DNA from: Candidatus Poribacteria bacterium
GTDB lineage: Bacteria; Poribacteria; WGA-4E; WGA-3G
Reading direction: 5' to 3'
DNA: 64,000 nt
Assembly (NCBI GenBank): GCA_963667805.1
Contig: OY764016.1
Coordinates: 1,874,725-1,938,724, forward strand
The translations under genes were made by a program, and so were the position numbers. Shown here piece by piece: positions 29,722 to 37,901 of this stretch. Under the pieces are notes generated by a model. The model searched no databases and was not told the DNA's origin. It saw only the letters and a program-made list of their open reading frames with translations. Positions within the stretch are counted from its first letter, which is position 1; the number at the start of each line of letters is the position of its first letter.

Positions 29722-30047
29722 GGGCTGCTCTCCATTACATTACGAGCAGGTTTCTGGTTAATTTATACTGGATTTGGGAATTTTGACGCTTCTTCGACAA
29801 AACATTAAACCTTTAGCCTGCAACAATACGCAAAAATACCCCGCTGAATGCCACACGCGCAAATGTAATACATTGTCCCGCAAGTCCACACGCGACTTGC
29901 GCTACGGATTTCGTCTATTCCCAGATAAAATCCAGCGTTGATTCGCAAAAACACGCAGGCGGATATACGCAAAGGAACATTATTTATCTGCGGAAACACC
30001 CAAGCAAAAACACCCGCTTCACCGAACCGCAAGGAATAATTAAAAAA
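29722..30047 (+). repeat. composite intergenic repeat region (modules A, B, C-like, D, E of a dispersed repeat family)
   Basis: Contains GGGCTGCTCTCCATTACATTACGAGCAGGTTTCTGG, AGCCTGCAACAATACGC, CCCAAGCAAAAACACCCGC and CCGCAAGGAATAATTAAAAAA, each matching copies at 53.4-59.9 kb. Confidence 0.7.
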
Positions 30048-31167
30048 GTGCGTTGCCACTATTTTTATCGAAAAAATGCATCCGGTCTGGAACAAACGCG
30101 ACGTAGAGGTGCTGTCCGATTTCCGCTTCAAAGTTCGGTGCTGTGCATGCTTTAAGAATCGTGTGTGCGCCGGATGTATCCGTTCCGAGCGTCAATTCGA
30201 CGATTGTTTCTGCCCCGAGGGGTTCACTGCTATAGACTTCCGCCTGAAACGCGTTGGGAATTGGCTGATGACTCACGATAACATCTTCAGCATGCGTGCC
30301 GAAGATCAGGTCTCGGTCTGGATCGCTGTTTTTTACAACTTTAGCGATTTTGGGGTCCTGAATTGCGACTGAATTACCACCGTCGAGATGGCTCGCTAAC
30401 GTCATGAGGAGGTCGCCATTCGCGGTGGAGATGTCGCACGGGATGCAATTCATACTTGGATTCCCGATGAAACCGGCGACAAAGAGATTCGTGGGATGAT
30501 TATAGATGTCAGCAGGTGTTCCCAATTGCTGGATTCTGCCGGCTTCAAGGACGGCGATCCTGTCTGCCATTGACATCGCTTCGATCTGGTCATGCGTCAC
30601 GTAGAAGGTGGTTGTGCCGAGTTCGCGTTGCCGCCACCGGATTTCGGCGCGCATCTCGGTCCGCAGTTTCGCATCCAGATTGGAGATCGGTTCGTCCATG
30701 AGGAAGACTTGAGGACGCCGCACCATTGCGCGTCCGAGTCCAACGCGTTGTGTCTCACCGCCGCTCAACTGGTTGGGTGTTCGCAGGAGCAGGTGTTCGA
30801 TATGCAGCATTTGGGCAATATCTTTGACACGCCGGTCGATCTCTTCTTCGGAGAGTTTTCTCGGATGCAGGGGAAACGCCATATTCTCGTAAACGCTGAG
30901 GTGTGGATAGAGGATATGCGATTGGAAGACGAAAGCGACATCGCGTTCCGCGGGGGTTTTGTCGTTGACGCTCACATCGTCGAGATAGATCGTGCCTTCT
31001 TCGGGTGTGTCCAAGCCGGCGATACACCGAAGGGTCGTCGTTTTGCCGGCACCCGTTTGACCGAGGAGCACAAAGAATTCCTCGTCTCGGATATCCAAGT
31101 TGATGTCGTCAAGTGCGATGAGATCGCCGAATCGTTTTGTAATGTTTTCGAGTCGGACTGTTGCCAT
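30040..31167 (-). CDS. ABC transporter ATP-binding protein, MalK/UgpC sugar-importer type (orphan)
   Basis: Walker A GQTGAGKTT, signature LSGGETQRV, Walker B VFLMDEP, and a C-terminal TOBE-like domain. Confidence 0.85.
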   Translation of the reverse strand: MATVRLENITKRFGDLIALDDINLDIRDEEFFVLLGQTGAGKTTTLRCIAGLDTPEEGTIYLDDVSVNDKTPAERDVAFVFQSHILYPHLSVYENMAFPLHPRKLSEEEIDRRVKDIAQMLHIEHLLLRTPNQLSGGETQRVGLGRAMVRRPQVFLMDEPISNLDAKLRTEMRAEIRWRQRELGTTTFYVTHDQIEAMSMADRIAVLEAGRIQQLGTPADIYNHPTNLFVAGFIGNPSMNCIPCDISTANGDLLMTLASHLDGGNSVAIQDPKIAKVVKNSDPDRDLIFGTHAEDVIVSHQPIPNAFQAEVYSSEPLGAETIVELTLGTDTSGAHTILKACTAPNFEAEIGQHLYVAFVPDRMHFFDKNSGNALF

Positions 31168-31245
31168 AGGGAAATCTACGCTTCTGTGTTGTGGATATTG
31201 CTACAAGTGTAGCACAAATTGCGTTTAGCGGTCAACAAGAATTCT

Positions 31246-31273
31246 TTGAACGGATGTATAAATATTTTATAAT
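31246..31273 (+). promoter_or_regulatory. orphan sigma-70-like promoter (-35 TTGAAC / 16 bp / -10 TATAAT)
   Basis: Hexamers read directly; no protein-coding ORF follows. Confidence 0.45.
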
Positions 31274-31279
31274 GAATCC

Positions 31280-31553
31280 GAAAAATAAATGGACATTTTT
31301 GTAGTGTAGGAAATCGTTAGCGTGCGTCCTCCCTCCAAGGTGTTGCTTGAGAGTTTCGATTGGGATTCGCATTACCTGAGAAGTGAGTGGACGGTTTCGA
31401 CGTCTACGCCTGCTGCGCCTTCGCAGGTAAAAGGGAATATTGTTGGGACATGGGGTGAATTGAAAAAACAATAGGCAGAGATACGCCACAGATACGGCTT
31501 GAGGCGTGATAGTCGGTCGGTTTTCTACCGGATGCTATCACGCCTCTTTTTTT
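31280..31553 (+). ncRNA. candidate ~270-nt non-coding RNA or orphaned leader, delimited by promoter and strong intrinsic terminator
   Basis: No credible ORF on either strand. Internal hairpins (for example CCTGCTGCGCCTTCGCAGG). Ends in a 12-bp perfect stem GAGGCGTGATAG/CTATCACGCCTC plus T7. Confidence 0.35.
31501..31553 (+). terminator. rho-independent terminator (12-bp GC-rich stem + TTTTTTT)
   Basis: GAGGCGTGATAG...CTATCACGCCTC followed by seven T. Confidence 0.8.
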
Positions 31554-31560
31554 ATAGTAG

Positions 31561-31581
31561 ATTTTAGAATTACTTAGACAT
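31561..31581 (+). repeat. solo IS terminal-inverted-repeat-like fragment (ATTTTAGAATTACTTAGACA)
   Basis: Matches the right IR of the IS at 32500-32521 (AAAATGTAAATTACTTAGACA) in 17 of 21 positions. Confidence 0.5.
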
Positions 31582-31595
31582 TAGAGATGAAGACT

Positions 31596-31626
31596 TAACC
31601 CCCCTAACCCCCCTTATCAGGGGGGA
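31596..31626. repeat. palindromic G/C motif TAACCCCCCTAACCCCCCTTATCAGGGGGGA (copy 2)
   Basis: Near-identical to 26331-26360; contains a C5-6/G5-6 hairpin. Confidence 0.6.
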
Positions 31627-31676
31627 ATTAGCGGTCTTTCTCATGACACATTGACTTGCAAATGTCTAAGTAGTGT

Positions 31677-32279
31677 TTACATTTTTTTAGCAGTCATAAG
31701 AATGGCTGCTAAATAAACAAATCCAAGGTATCGGACTGCGTATTTATCATAGCGAGTGGCAACACGACGAAACTGTTTCAAGCGATGAAAAAAACGCTCA
31801 ATGACATTTCGAAGTTTGTAGACGCCTTTATCATAAGGGCGTTCTTCAAGGCGGTTGCGCCGCGGACGAATCACCGCAACGCCCCCTTGAGCAAGAATCT
31901 CGGCTCTCAAAGGATCCGAGTCATAGGCAGTATCGGCAACGACACAGTCAAAGGTCTGTCCGGCAATCAATGCCGAGGCTTGGCGAACATCATGACTCGC
32001 ACCTGCCGTCAAGATAAAACGCAAGGGGCGAAAGGCATCACTCACCGCAGCGTGAAGTTTCGTCGTGAATCCCCCGTGGCTCCGACCCAAAGCTTGCTTG
32101 TTTTGACCGCCATTTTTTTTTCGGGGCACCTGCTGCGGAGGTGTGTGCCCGGACGATCGTCGAATCAACGAGGAGTGCCGAGATTTCACCCGCAGCATGG
32201 AAATGTTGATGAAGTTTTTCAAAAACACCCGCATCACACCATCTTCCAAAGCGGCGATAGACGCTGTTCCAATATCCAT
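31677..32279 (-). CDS. IS5-family transposase OrfB (DDE_Tnp_1 catalytic part; expressed as OrfAB fusion)
   Basis: DDE-region motifs (VVADTAYDSD, RNVIERFFHRLKQFRRVATRYDK). The in-frame continuation from OrfA requires loss of one A in the A9 run. Confidence 0.75.
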   Translation of the reverse strand: MDIGTASIAALEDGVMRVFLKNFINISMLRVKSRHSSLIRRSSGHTPPQQVPRKKNGGQNKQALGRSHGGFTTKLHAAVSDAFRPLRFILTAGASHDVRQASALIAGQTFDCVVADTAYDSDPLRAEILAQGGVAVIRPRRNRLEERPYDKGVYKLRNVIERFFHRLKQFRRVATRYDKYAVRYLGFVYLAAILMTAKKM

Positions 32280-32475
32280 AGGCTTTTGGCAGCCCTCGCC
32301 ACGTCGCTCCTTCTTTGGTCATCCAGACCAGAGCCGAGAGAAAGCGTTTACAGGTTTCAGGATTTCCGACATAGACGTTTGGAAGGACTTTGAGAAACGG
32401 GAGTATGCTCTGCCAAGCCACATCAGAAATCATCACGGGTAGGTCTTGAGTTGGCTCTCTGTTTTTAGATGTCAT
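32038..32475 (-). CDS. IS5-family transposase OrfA (DUF4096-like N-terminal part)
   Basis: 145 aa (MTSKNREPTQDLPVMISDVAWQSILPFL...); ends just after the A9 run. Confidence 0.7.
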   Translation of the reverse strand: MTSKNREPTQDLPVMISDVAWQSILPFLKVLPNVYVGNPETCKRFLSALVWMTKEGATWRGLPKAYGYWNSVYRRFGRWCDAGVFEKLHQHFHAAGEISALLVDSTIVRAHTSAAGAPKKKWRSKQASFGSEPRGIHDETSRCGE

Positions 32476-33002
32476 AGAAAAGAGTATACTAAAACCTACT
32501 CAAAATGTAAATTACTTAGACAATGTAAACACTACCTACTTATTTATAGGATTTACCATATTTGAGATGGACATAACCGCGCGTATCAGACGACTTTTTT
32601 AAAATTATGCAACCTTTTTGCCTTTAGGTTGTATCTATATAGATAGAGAGTGTTTCTTTCTGATGCCAAAAGACGTTTTTTTTATCGAACGCACGTTGGG
32701 CAGTGTGCGAAAAACAGACCCTCATCGCGTAAAAAGTAGGCAGATATATGCCGCATCCGAGGGTTTGCCCCATATAAATGGTGATAATAGCCGATTTTGT
32801 GAAGTGGCATTGTTCTTGCATGTTAAATAAAAAAGAACCTTACAACAAGGTCCTATAGATACCGTATTCACAGGAACAGAAGATCAGACAAATTTACTAA
32901 AAAAGTGTAACTTTTTTCGCTAACTTCCGTTTAACGTTGTGTTGGACTATATATTCAATTTTTAGAGAATCTATACGAACTCTTTTAGAAAGGGGTAAAG
33001 CA

Positions 33003-33203
33003 ATGAAATCCACTAATGTCCGTAAGAACCATCCATCCCTATATGAAACCGCTGTGTGTCTCGCGATTGCGAAAGCACGTCAAGATGAATTACGCTGGGA
33101 ACTTTTTATTGATAATTTGTCCCAGATTTGCGATACATTCGCCTATCAGATTGCTGCGAAAGGCACTGCCCCTTCTAAGCAATCTAATCAATCACAGCAC
33201 TAA
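33003..33203 (+). CDS. small hypothetical protein
   Basis: 66-aa ORF with an AAAGGGG RBS and no recognisable domain. Confidence 0.25.
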   Translation: MKSTNVRKNHPSLYETAVCLAIAKARQDELRWELFIDNLSQICDTFAYQIAAKGTAPSKQSNQSQH

Positions 33204-33237
33204 CCAGTTTCTGTCCAGTAATCGGAACCTTCCTGAC

Positions 33238-34482
33238 TCAAACCGATTCTTGGAGTTTTGGATGGTTGCCAAAGATCTTCACAAGAGAGCGGACTAATTT
33301 TTCGGGATCGTGGCGGATAACGTTCATCTGAACGCCGCCTAACCATGTGCCGAATTCAGTGACGACCATATCCCGGATGAGGTCCGCCTCAATCACCTGG
33401 ATCCCCTGCGCTTCAAGGTTCTCCTGCTCACGATCATAAGAGACTTGCACTTTTGAAGCGTCTGCGACTTGCATTGTCTCAACAGACAGAGACGAAATAT
33501 CTTTCGCTAAGTTCAGCACGTCCATGAGGTGCTGCGTATCTTCATAGAGCATTGAAAGCCCTTCCTCGGAAAGTGAACGAATTCGAGTCAACTGCGAAAC
33601 CAGTTCCTTCCGAACATACTCTTGCATGATTTCCGTTGGCGCGGGTTGGTTATTCACCACGACGTAATTGAGCGGAATCTTGGCATGGTCCAAAATAGCA
33701 TTAACGTGATCCGTGACCGCATAACCATCGGTTTCACCCGGCTGTGTCATAACGTTACAGACATAGATCTTCATGGCGTCTGAACGCTGAATCGTTTCCA
33801 CGACCCCTTTGATAACCAGGTTCGGCATAATGCTGGTATAAAGGCTTCCGGGACCGATGATGATGACATCGGCGTTAATCAGGGCATCTACGGCTCCTTC
33901 ATGCGCTTGGCATTCATAGATTGCATCGGGGGAATGGTGTGTTTTTCCGTTCTCGCGGGGTTCAAAAAAGACACGCTTGATCGGCTCACGATTTTCTCGG
34001 ATAGGGATCGTAGATTCGCCGCGAACGATCTCTCCATCGGTGAGTTCGGCACACAAAACGGTATAATCCAACGTAACAGGGATAATCTGTCCACGCACTG
34101 AGAGTAATCTGGATGCCGCCTGGATGGCTTTCGGGAAGTTTCCTTCAAACTTTTCCGTCAGTGCTGTTAACAATAGATTGCCGACCGTATGTCCACCGAG
34201 TTCCCCATTGCTTGAAAAACGATATTCAAAAAGCCCTGCGAGTTCATCAGCATCGGACAATGTGAACAGGAGTCTCCGGATATCGCCCGGTGGGAGCATG
34301 TCAAACTCTTCAACGAGCCGTCCTGAACTTCCACCATCATCAGAAACGGTAACAATTGCCGCCAGACTATCCAAATCAATGAGGTGGTCTCTACCTTTCT
34401 CCAAATCAGCGTAGTGCTTAATGCCACTCAGCAACGCGGATAAACCACTCCCGCCTCCGATGCAGGCAAGCTTCAAAGCCAT
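33238..34482 (-). CDS. gluconeogenesis factor YvcK / CofD-like (UPF0052) family protein
   Basis: GGGSG...TVSDDGGSSG...LPPGDIR motifs. Confidence 0.8.
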   Translation of the reverse strand: MALKLACIGGGSGLSALLSGIKHYADLEKGRDHLIDLDSLAAIVTVSDDGGSSGRLVEEFDMLPPGDIRRLLFTLSDADELAGLFEYRFSSNGELGGHTVGNLLLTALTEKFEGNFPKAIQAASRLLSVRGQIIPVTLDYTVLCAELTDGEIVRGESTIPIRENREPIKRVFFEPRENGKTHHSPDAIYECQAHEGAVDALINADVIIIGPGSLYTSIMPNLVIKGVVETIQRSDAMKIYVCNVMTQPGETDGYAVTDHVNAILDHAKIPLNYVVVNNQPAPTEIMQEYVRKELVSQLTRIRSLSEEGLSMLYEDTQHLMDVLNLAKDISSLSVETMQVADASKVQVSYDREQENLEAQGIQVIEADLIRDMVVTEFGTWLGGVQMNVIRHDPEKLVRSLVKIFGNHPKLQESV

Positions 34483-34507
34483 AATTCCTCCATTTTTTTA
34501 ACTATTA

Positions 34508-34810
34508 AATCTGAGCGGGGTTTCCGTTGTCAACCCCGATCCAAAATTAATAAAGCACTTTTTTGAGGGTATGAAAGGTAAACCTAACTCAAAACCGCCA
34601 TGTCATGAATCTGAGCGGAGTGTCCGGTGTTAATCCCAGTCCAAAATTAATAAAGCACTTTTTTGAGGGTATGAAAGGTAAACCTAACTCAAAACCACCG
34701 TGTCATGAATCTGAGCGGAGTGTCCGGTGTTAATCCCGATCTAAAATTAATAAAGCACTTTTTTGAGGGTGTGAAAGGTAAACTCGACTTAAAACTGTCG
34801 CGTAATAACC
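34508..34810. repeat. three tandem copies of a 100-bp repeat (copy 3 diverges at its 3' end)
   Basis: Unit AATCTGAGCGGAGTGTCCGGTGTTAATCCCGATCCAAAATTAATAAAGCACTTTTTTGAGGGTATGAAAGGTAAACCTAACTCAAAACCACCGTGTCATG starts at 34508, 34608 and 34708. Confidence 0.9.
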
Positions 34811-34862
34811 TGAATAGTCAGAAAAAAGGCGTTCCTACCCTATATAATAGATAACGGAATTA

Positions 34863-36260
34863 CTACGAAATTTGTTTCATTAACATCTTGAGTGTTTCAA
34901 TCGTCTCGTCACACAACTGTTCCGCCACAGTGAAAGTCGGTGCTTCACTAAAAACCCGAATGACAGGTTCTGTGCCGGAAGGACGGATGTTGACCCATCG
35001 GTCCTTCCAGACCCGTTTCACACCGTCCGTTAATTCCAGTTGCGGTTCCGCGCCAGCGCCACACGCTTCTTTGTAGACCTCCAAAGCGAGGTCCACAAGA
35101 CCTTCCGCAAGCTCCTGCGACGGAATTTCCAGTTTCTTTCGACACATCTGATAGTGGGGCATATTCTCCACAAGCTGCGTTACCGTCGCACCAGATTCAG
35201 CGAGATACTGCGCAATCGCTGCAATAGAAGTGATACCGTCCGTGGTGTAATGGATATTAGGATAGATAACACCGCCAGTGCCTTCACCGCCGATAGCTGC
35301 ATTCACGGCGTGCATCTTCTCAACGACCCAACCGACACCGACTTTCGTTCGGTGGAGCACAACACCGTGATCCGCCGCAATATCATCCAACATTCGACTC
35401 GTTGATACCGTGGCAACGACATCGCCTTTCGTCTTACGCAGCATAAAATCAGTGATAAACGCAAGCGTCCATTCACCGCTCAATGGGACACCACGCTCCG
35501 TCACAACGACAAGCCGGTCGGCATCTCCGTCGTGGGCAAAGCCAATATCCGCACCAGAAGCGACAACTGCTTTACAAAGTTCATCTAACGCCTCAGGTGT
35601 GGGTTCGGCAGGACGGCGGAAATGTCCATCGGCGACACAGTTAAGCGCAACAACCCGACACCCCAGTCTCCGCAAGAGGGACGGACTTATCACACTGCCG
35701 GCACCGTTGCCAGCGTCCATGACGACCTTCAAATCAGCCTTTCGAATTAAATCGGGTGCCACCCAAGAGGAAGACAGAATTTGATCGAGGTGATAACCGA
35801 CTGCCTCTCCACACGTTTCAAGCGTTCCTTGTTCGTTCCAAGAGGCAAGTGCGAAATCCTCTTTTGCGTAGATTCGCATCAATTCGTCCCGTTCCGCCTG
35901 TGTCAGAAGATGTCCCGAAGCAGAGGCAAATTCAATGCCGTTCCACGCAACGGGATTATGACTGGCGGTAATGGTAATACTCCCTTGGGCACCGAGTGCT
36001 TTCGCCATTAGGAGTATCGTCGGCGTTGGACAAAGCCCTACATCTATGACGTGGCATCCTGTGGCGAAAAGTCCAGCAAGGACGGCATGCCGAACTGTAG
36101 GACTGGAAGTTCGGGAATCTCTGCCAACAATCACCGTTCTACCACCAACGAAGGTGCCAAACGCCATCGCAAATTGCGTAATGATTCGGACATCGAGCGA
36201 AAAGCCGACCTCACCCCGAACGCCTGAAACACTCACAATCGGTTTTTCTGCCTTACCCAT
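34863..36260 (-). CDS. phosphoglucosamine mutase / phosphomannomutase family protein
   Basis: Active-site loop TASHNP. PGM_PMM domains I-IV. Start placed at the ATG with a GAGAGGA RBS; the track ORF extends to 36290. Confidence 0.8.
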   Translation of the reverse strand: MGKAEKPIVSVSGVRGEVGFSLDVRIITQFAMAFGTFVGGRTVIVGRDSRTSSPTVRHAVLAGLFATGCHVIDVGLCPTPTILLMAKALGAQGSITITASHNPVAWNGIEFASASGHLLTQAERDELMRIYAKEDFALASWNEQGTLETCGEAVGYHLDQILSSSWVAPDLIRKADLKVVMDAGNGAGSVISPSLLRRLGCRVVALNCVADGHFRRPAEPTPEALDELCKAVVASGADIGFAHDGDADRLVVVTERGVPLSGEWTLAFITDFMLRKTKGDVVATVSTSRMLDDIAADHGVVLHRTKVGVGWVVEKMHAVNAAIGGEGTGGVIYPNIHYTTDGITSIAAIAQYLAESGATVTQLVENMPHYQMCRKKLEIPSQELAEGLVDLALEVYKEACGAGAEPQLELTDGVKRVWKDRWVNIRPSGTEPVIRVFSEAPTFTVAEQLCDETIETLKMLMKQIS

Positions 36261-36279
36261 ACAATCCTCTCTGTAGCCT

Positions 36280-37056
36280 TTATACAGCATATCTACGGGA
36301 TCTGGTTATCAGCCATGCTCCCAAAAAACAGCACCCGCCAATCACTATCTGCCAGACTCCCACAAGATACCACGGCTTCGGATAGTAGAATACATACGAA
36401 GGAACAGGCGTGAGTTCATAGAGAAGCGGATTTCTAAAGATGTCAAATCCCTCAAAGATACAGCACACAACAATCAGGGGGTTCAGGTGTAAGACTGGTG
36501 GAATGAAAGGTTGAAGATCGTCCACATACCGTTGTAACGGGTTGAGCAGAAACGCGCCACCCATCAAAACACACCATAACAGGGTGGCAAACTCCGCGCT
36601 GAAGAGGGCATCTCGGAAAACCTGAGTCCCCCAAACCCCGACCGCCGCTGCCGACAAACTATAAATCCCCAGTATCACGAACATCTGTAACGCCGTGGCG
36701 ACGGGAATACGCGTAACGAACAGAGCCGCCCCTGTCGATAAAAACACCCAGCATAACATCGGTATCTGACTTATCAGCAGCAGTCTTAACAACCGTTGTC
36801 CAGACGAGATAGAGGCAAGGGCATATTGTGCGTCAAAGCCGGTATTTAGGAAATCGCAACGCACAGCACGGGCAGCAAGATAGGGTGCTACCAAAAGCAC
36901 AACAAACACCTGCGCCATAAAAAAACACTCTATCGGTAAACCGAGTTTTGCTTGTATCAACACCCTATAGAGAAGATAGAGCAAAAAACTCGAAATGACA
37001 CACCACGTGATAAGTGTTCGCAGGAAATGGTTTCGATCGCTCAGAGTCGCATCCAT
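36280..37056 (-). CDS. polytopic membrane protein, hypothetical
   Basis: 258 aa with 6-7 hydrophobic helices. Overlaps the start region of the mutase gene. Confidence 0.45.
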   Translation of the reverse strand: MDATLSDRNHFLRTLITWCVISSFLLYLLYRVLIQAKLGLPIECFFMAQVFVVLLVAPYLAARAVRCDFLNTGFDAQYALASISSGQRLLRLLLISQIPMLCWVFLSTGAALFVTRIPVATALQMFVILGIYSLSAAAVGVWGTQVFRDALFSAEFATLLWCVLMGGAFLLNPLQRYVDDLQPFIPPVLHLNPLIVVCCIFEGFDIFRNPLLYELTPVPSYVFYYPKPWYLVGVWQIVIGGCCFLGAWLITRSRRYAV

Positions 37057-37064
37057 ACGCCGAT

Positions 37065-37718
37065 TTACTCACTTTGTGTCCGAGCCCGAAGTCGTAATAC
37101 TGCTTCAGCGATAGAGACAAGGTTCGGGTTAATAACCAAAGCTTGCTTATACGCCGCAAGTGCCTCGTCCATCTTGCCGAGTCTGACATAAACGTGTCCC
37201 ATCCCAGCAAACGCACCGAAGTGATTCGGGTTCAGGGAAATCGTCCGTTTGCAATCACGAATTGCCTTGCTCCATTCCTCAAGCATGAAATACGCGATTG
37301 CGCGTTGGTTATACCCTTCGGCGAAACTCGGCTCCGTCTCAATTACAGCGGTGAAGCATTCAACGGCTTGCTGATACGCTTCGTTTTTGAGTAAGTCTTT
37401 ACCGTTCTCCAGCATCACGTCAACCGCATCATCCCCGGAATGTGACCAAATTTCCCACAATGCGTATTCCGCATTGAAGCGCGTTCCCCGGTCACTATTT
37501 TTCAGAGCATCCACCAACGCAGGAATTGCTTTTGAACTCCCAACCAACCGAAGTGCGAATCCCGCAGCGCGCCCGAGTAAAGGTTCTTTGCTGTGAAGAT
37601 AGGCAGCCAAATCGGTTTCCGAATAGTTAGAAATTAGAAGTCGTTTGAGCGTCTCCTCGTCCGCTGAATTCTTGAATATCAGCTTCGCCAATTCGGAAGA
37701 TCCGTTGCGCATCTGCAT
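37065..37718 (-). CDS. HEAT/TPR repeat protein
   Basis: HEAT-like AIPALVDALKNSDRGTRFNAEYAL. TPR units (YNQRAIAYFMLEEWSKAIRDCKRTISLNPN...). Confidence 0.6.
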   Translation of the reverse strand: MQMRNGSSELAKLIFKNSADEETLKRLLISNYSETDLAAYLHSKEPLLGRAAGFALRLVGSSKAIPALVDALKNSDRGTRFNAEYALWEIWSHSGDDAVDVMLENGKDLLKNEAYQQAVECFTAVIETEPSFAEGYNQRAIAYFMLEEWSKAIRDCKRTISLNPNHFGAFAGMGHVYVRLGKMDEALAAYKQALVINPNLVSIAEAVLRLRARTQSE

Positions 37719-37810
37719 AATTCAGCTCTCCGTGTGGTCCTAATTTTAAAAAAATTATATCAGATTCCCATTGGAATGACAACCTTAAATCCCAGGCCAC
37801 ACAAAAAATC

Positions 37811-37839
37811 TTGTGATTCAAACAGATACCTGCTATAAT
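37811..37839 (+). promoter_or_regulatory. sigma-70-type promoter (-35 TTGTGA / 17 bp / -10 TATAAT) upstream of phosphodiesterase gene
   Basis: Hexamers and spacing read directly. Confidence 0.6.
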
Positions 37840-37901
37840 TATTGGGTCAGATAGGTAGGTAATCCAACACGTATGCCAGATAGTGGAGCAAGATCCAGAA
37901 C

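Larger units (their letters stand above)
31663..32521 (-). mobile_element. IS5-family (IS427/IS1031-group-like) insertion sequence, ~860 bp, two overlapping transposase ORFs
   Basis: Imperfect terminal inverted repeats: TGTCTAAGTAGTGTTTACATTTTT on the left, and the reverse complement of CAAAATGTAAATTACTTAGACA on the right. DUF4096-like OrfA plus DDE_Tnp_1-like OrfB. A9 slippery run lies in the ORF overlap. Confidence 0.7.

Noticed and set aside
30076-30372. 98-aa plus-strand ORF, and the shorter GTG-initiated ORF, following the module-E motif at 30024-30047
   Set aside because: Entirely antisense to the well-supported ABC ATPase gene and Cys-rich junk-like. The motif here more likely belongs to the dispersed repeat than to a real leader.
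31232-31489. 85-aa minus-strand ORF (MAYLCLLFF...RRRSRRRRRNRP...)
   Set aside because: Arginine-run low-complexity sequence and no RBS. It overlaps a plus-strand promoter and lies opposite a strong plus-strand terminator. More plausibly non-coding.
34508-34810. Tandem repeats considered as a possible CRISPR array
   Set aside because: Units are 100 bp and directly abutting, with no unique spacers. No cas genes are nearby. The organisation is that of a minisatellite-like tandem repeat, not a CRISPR.
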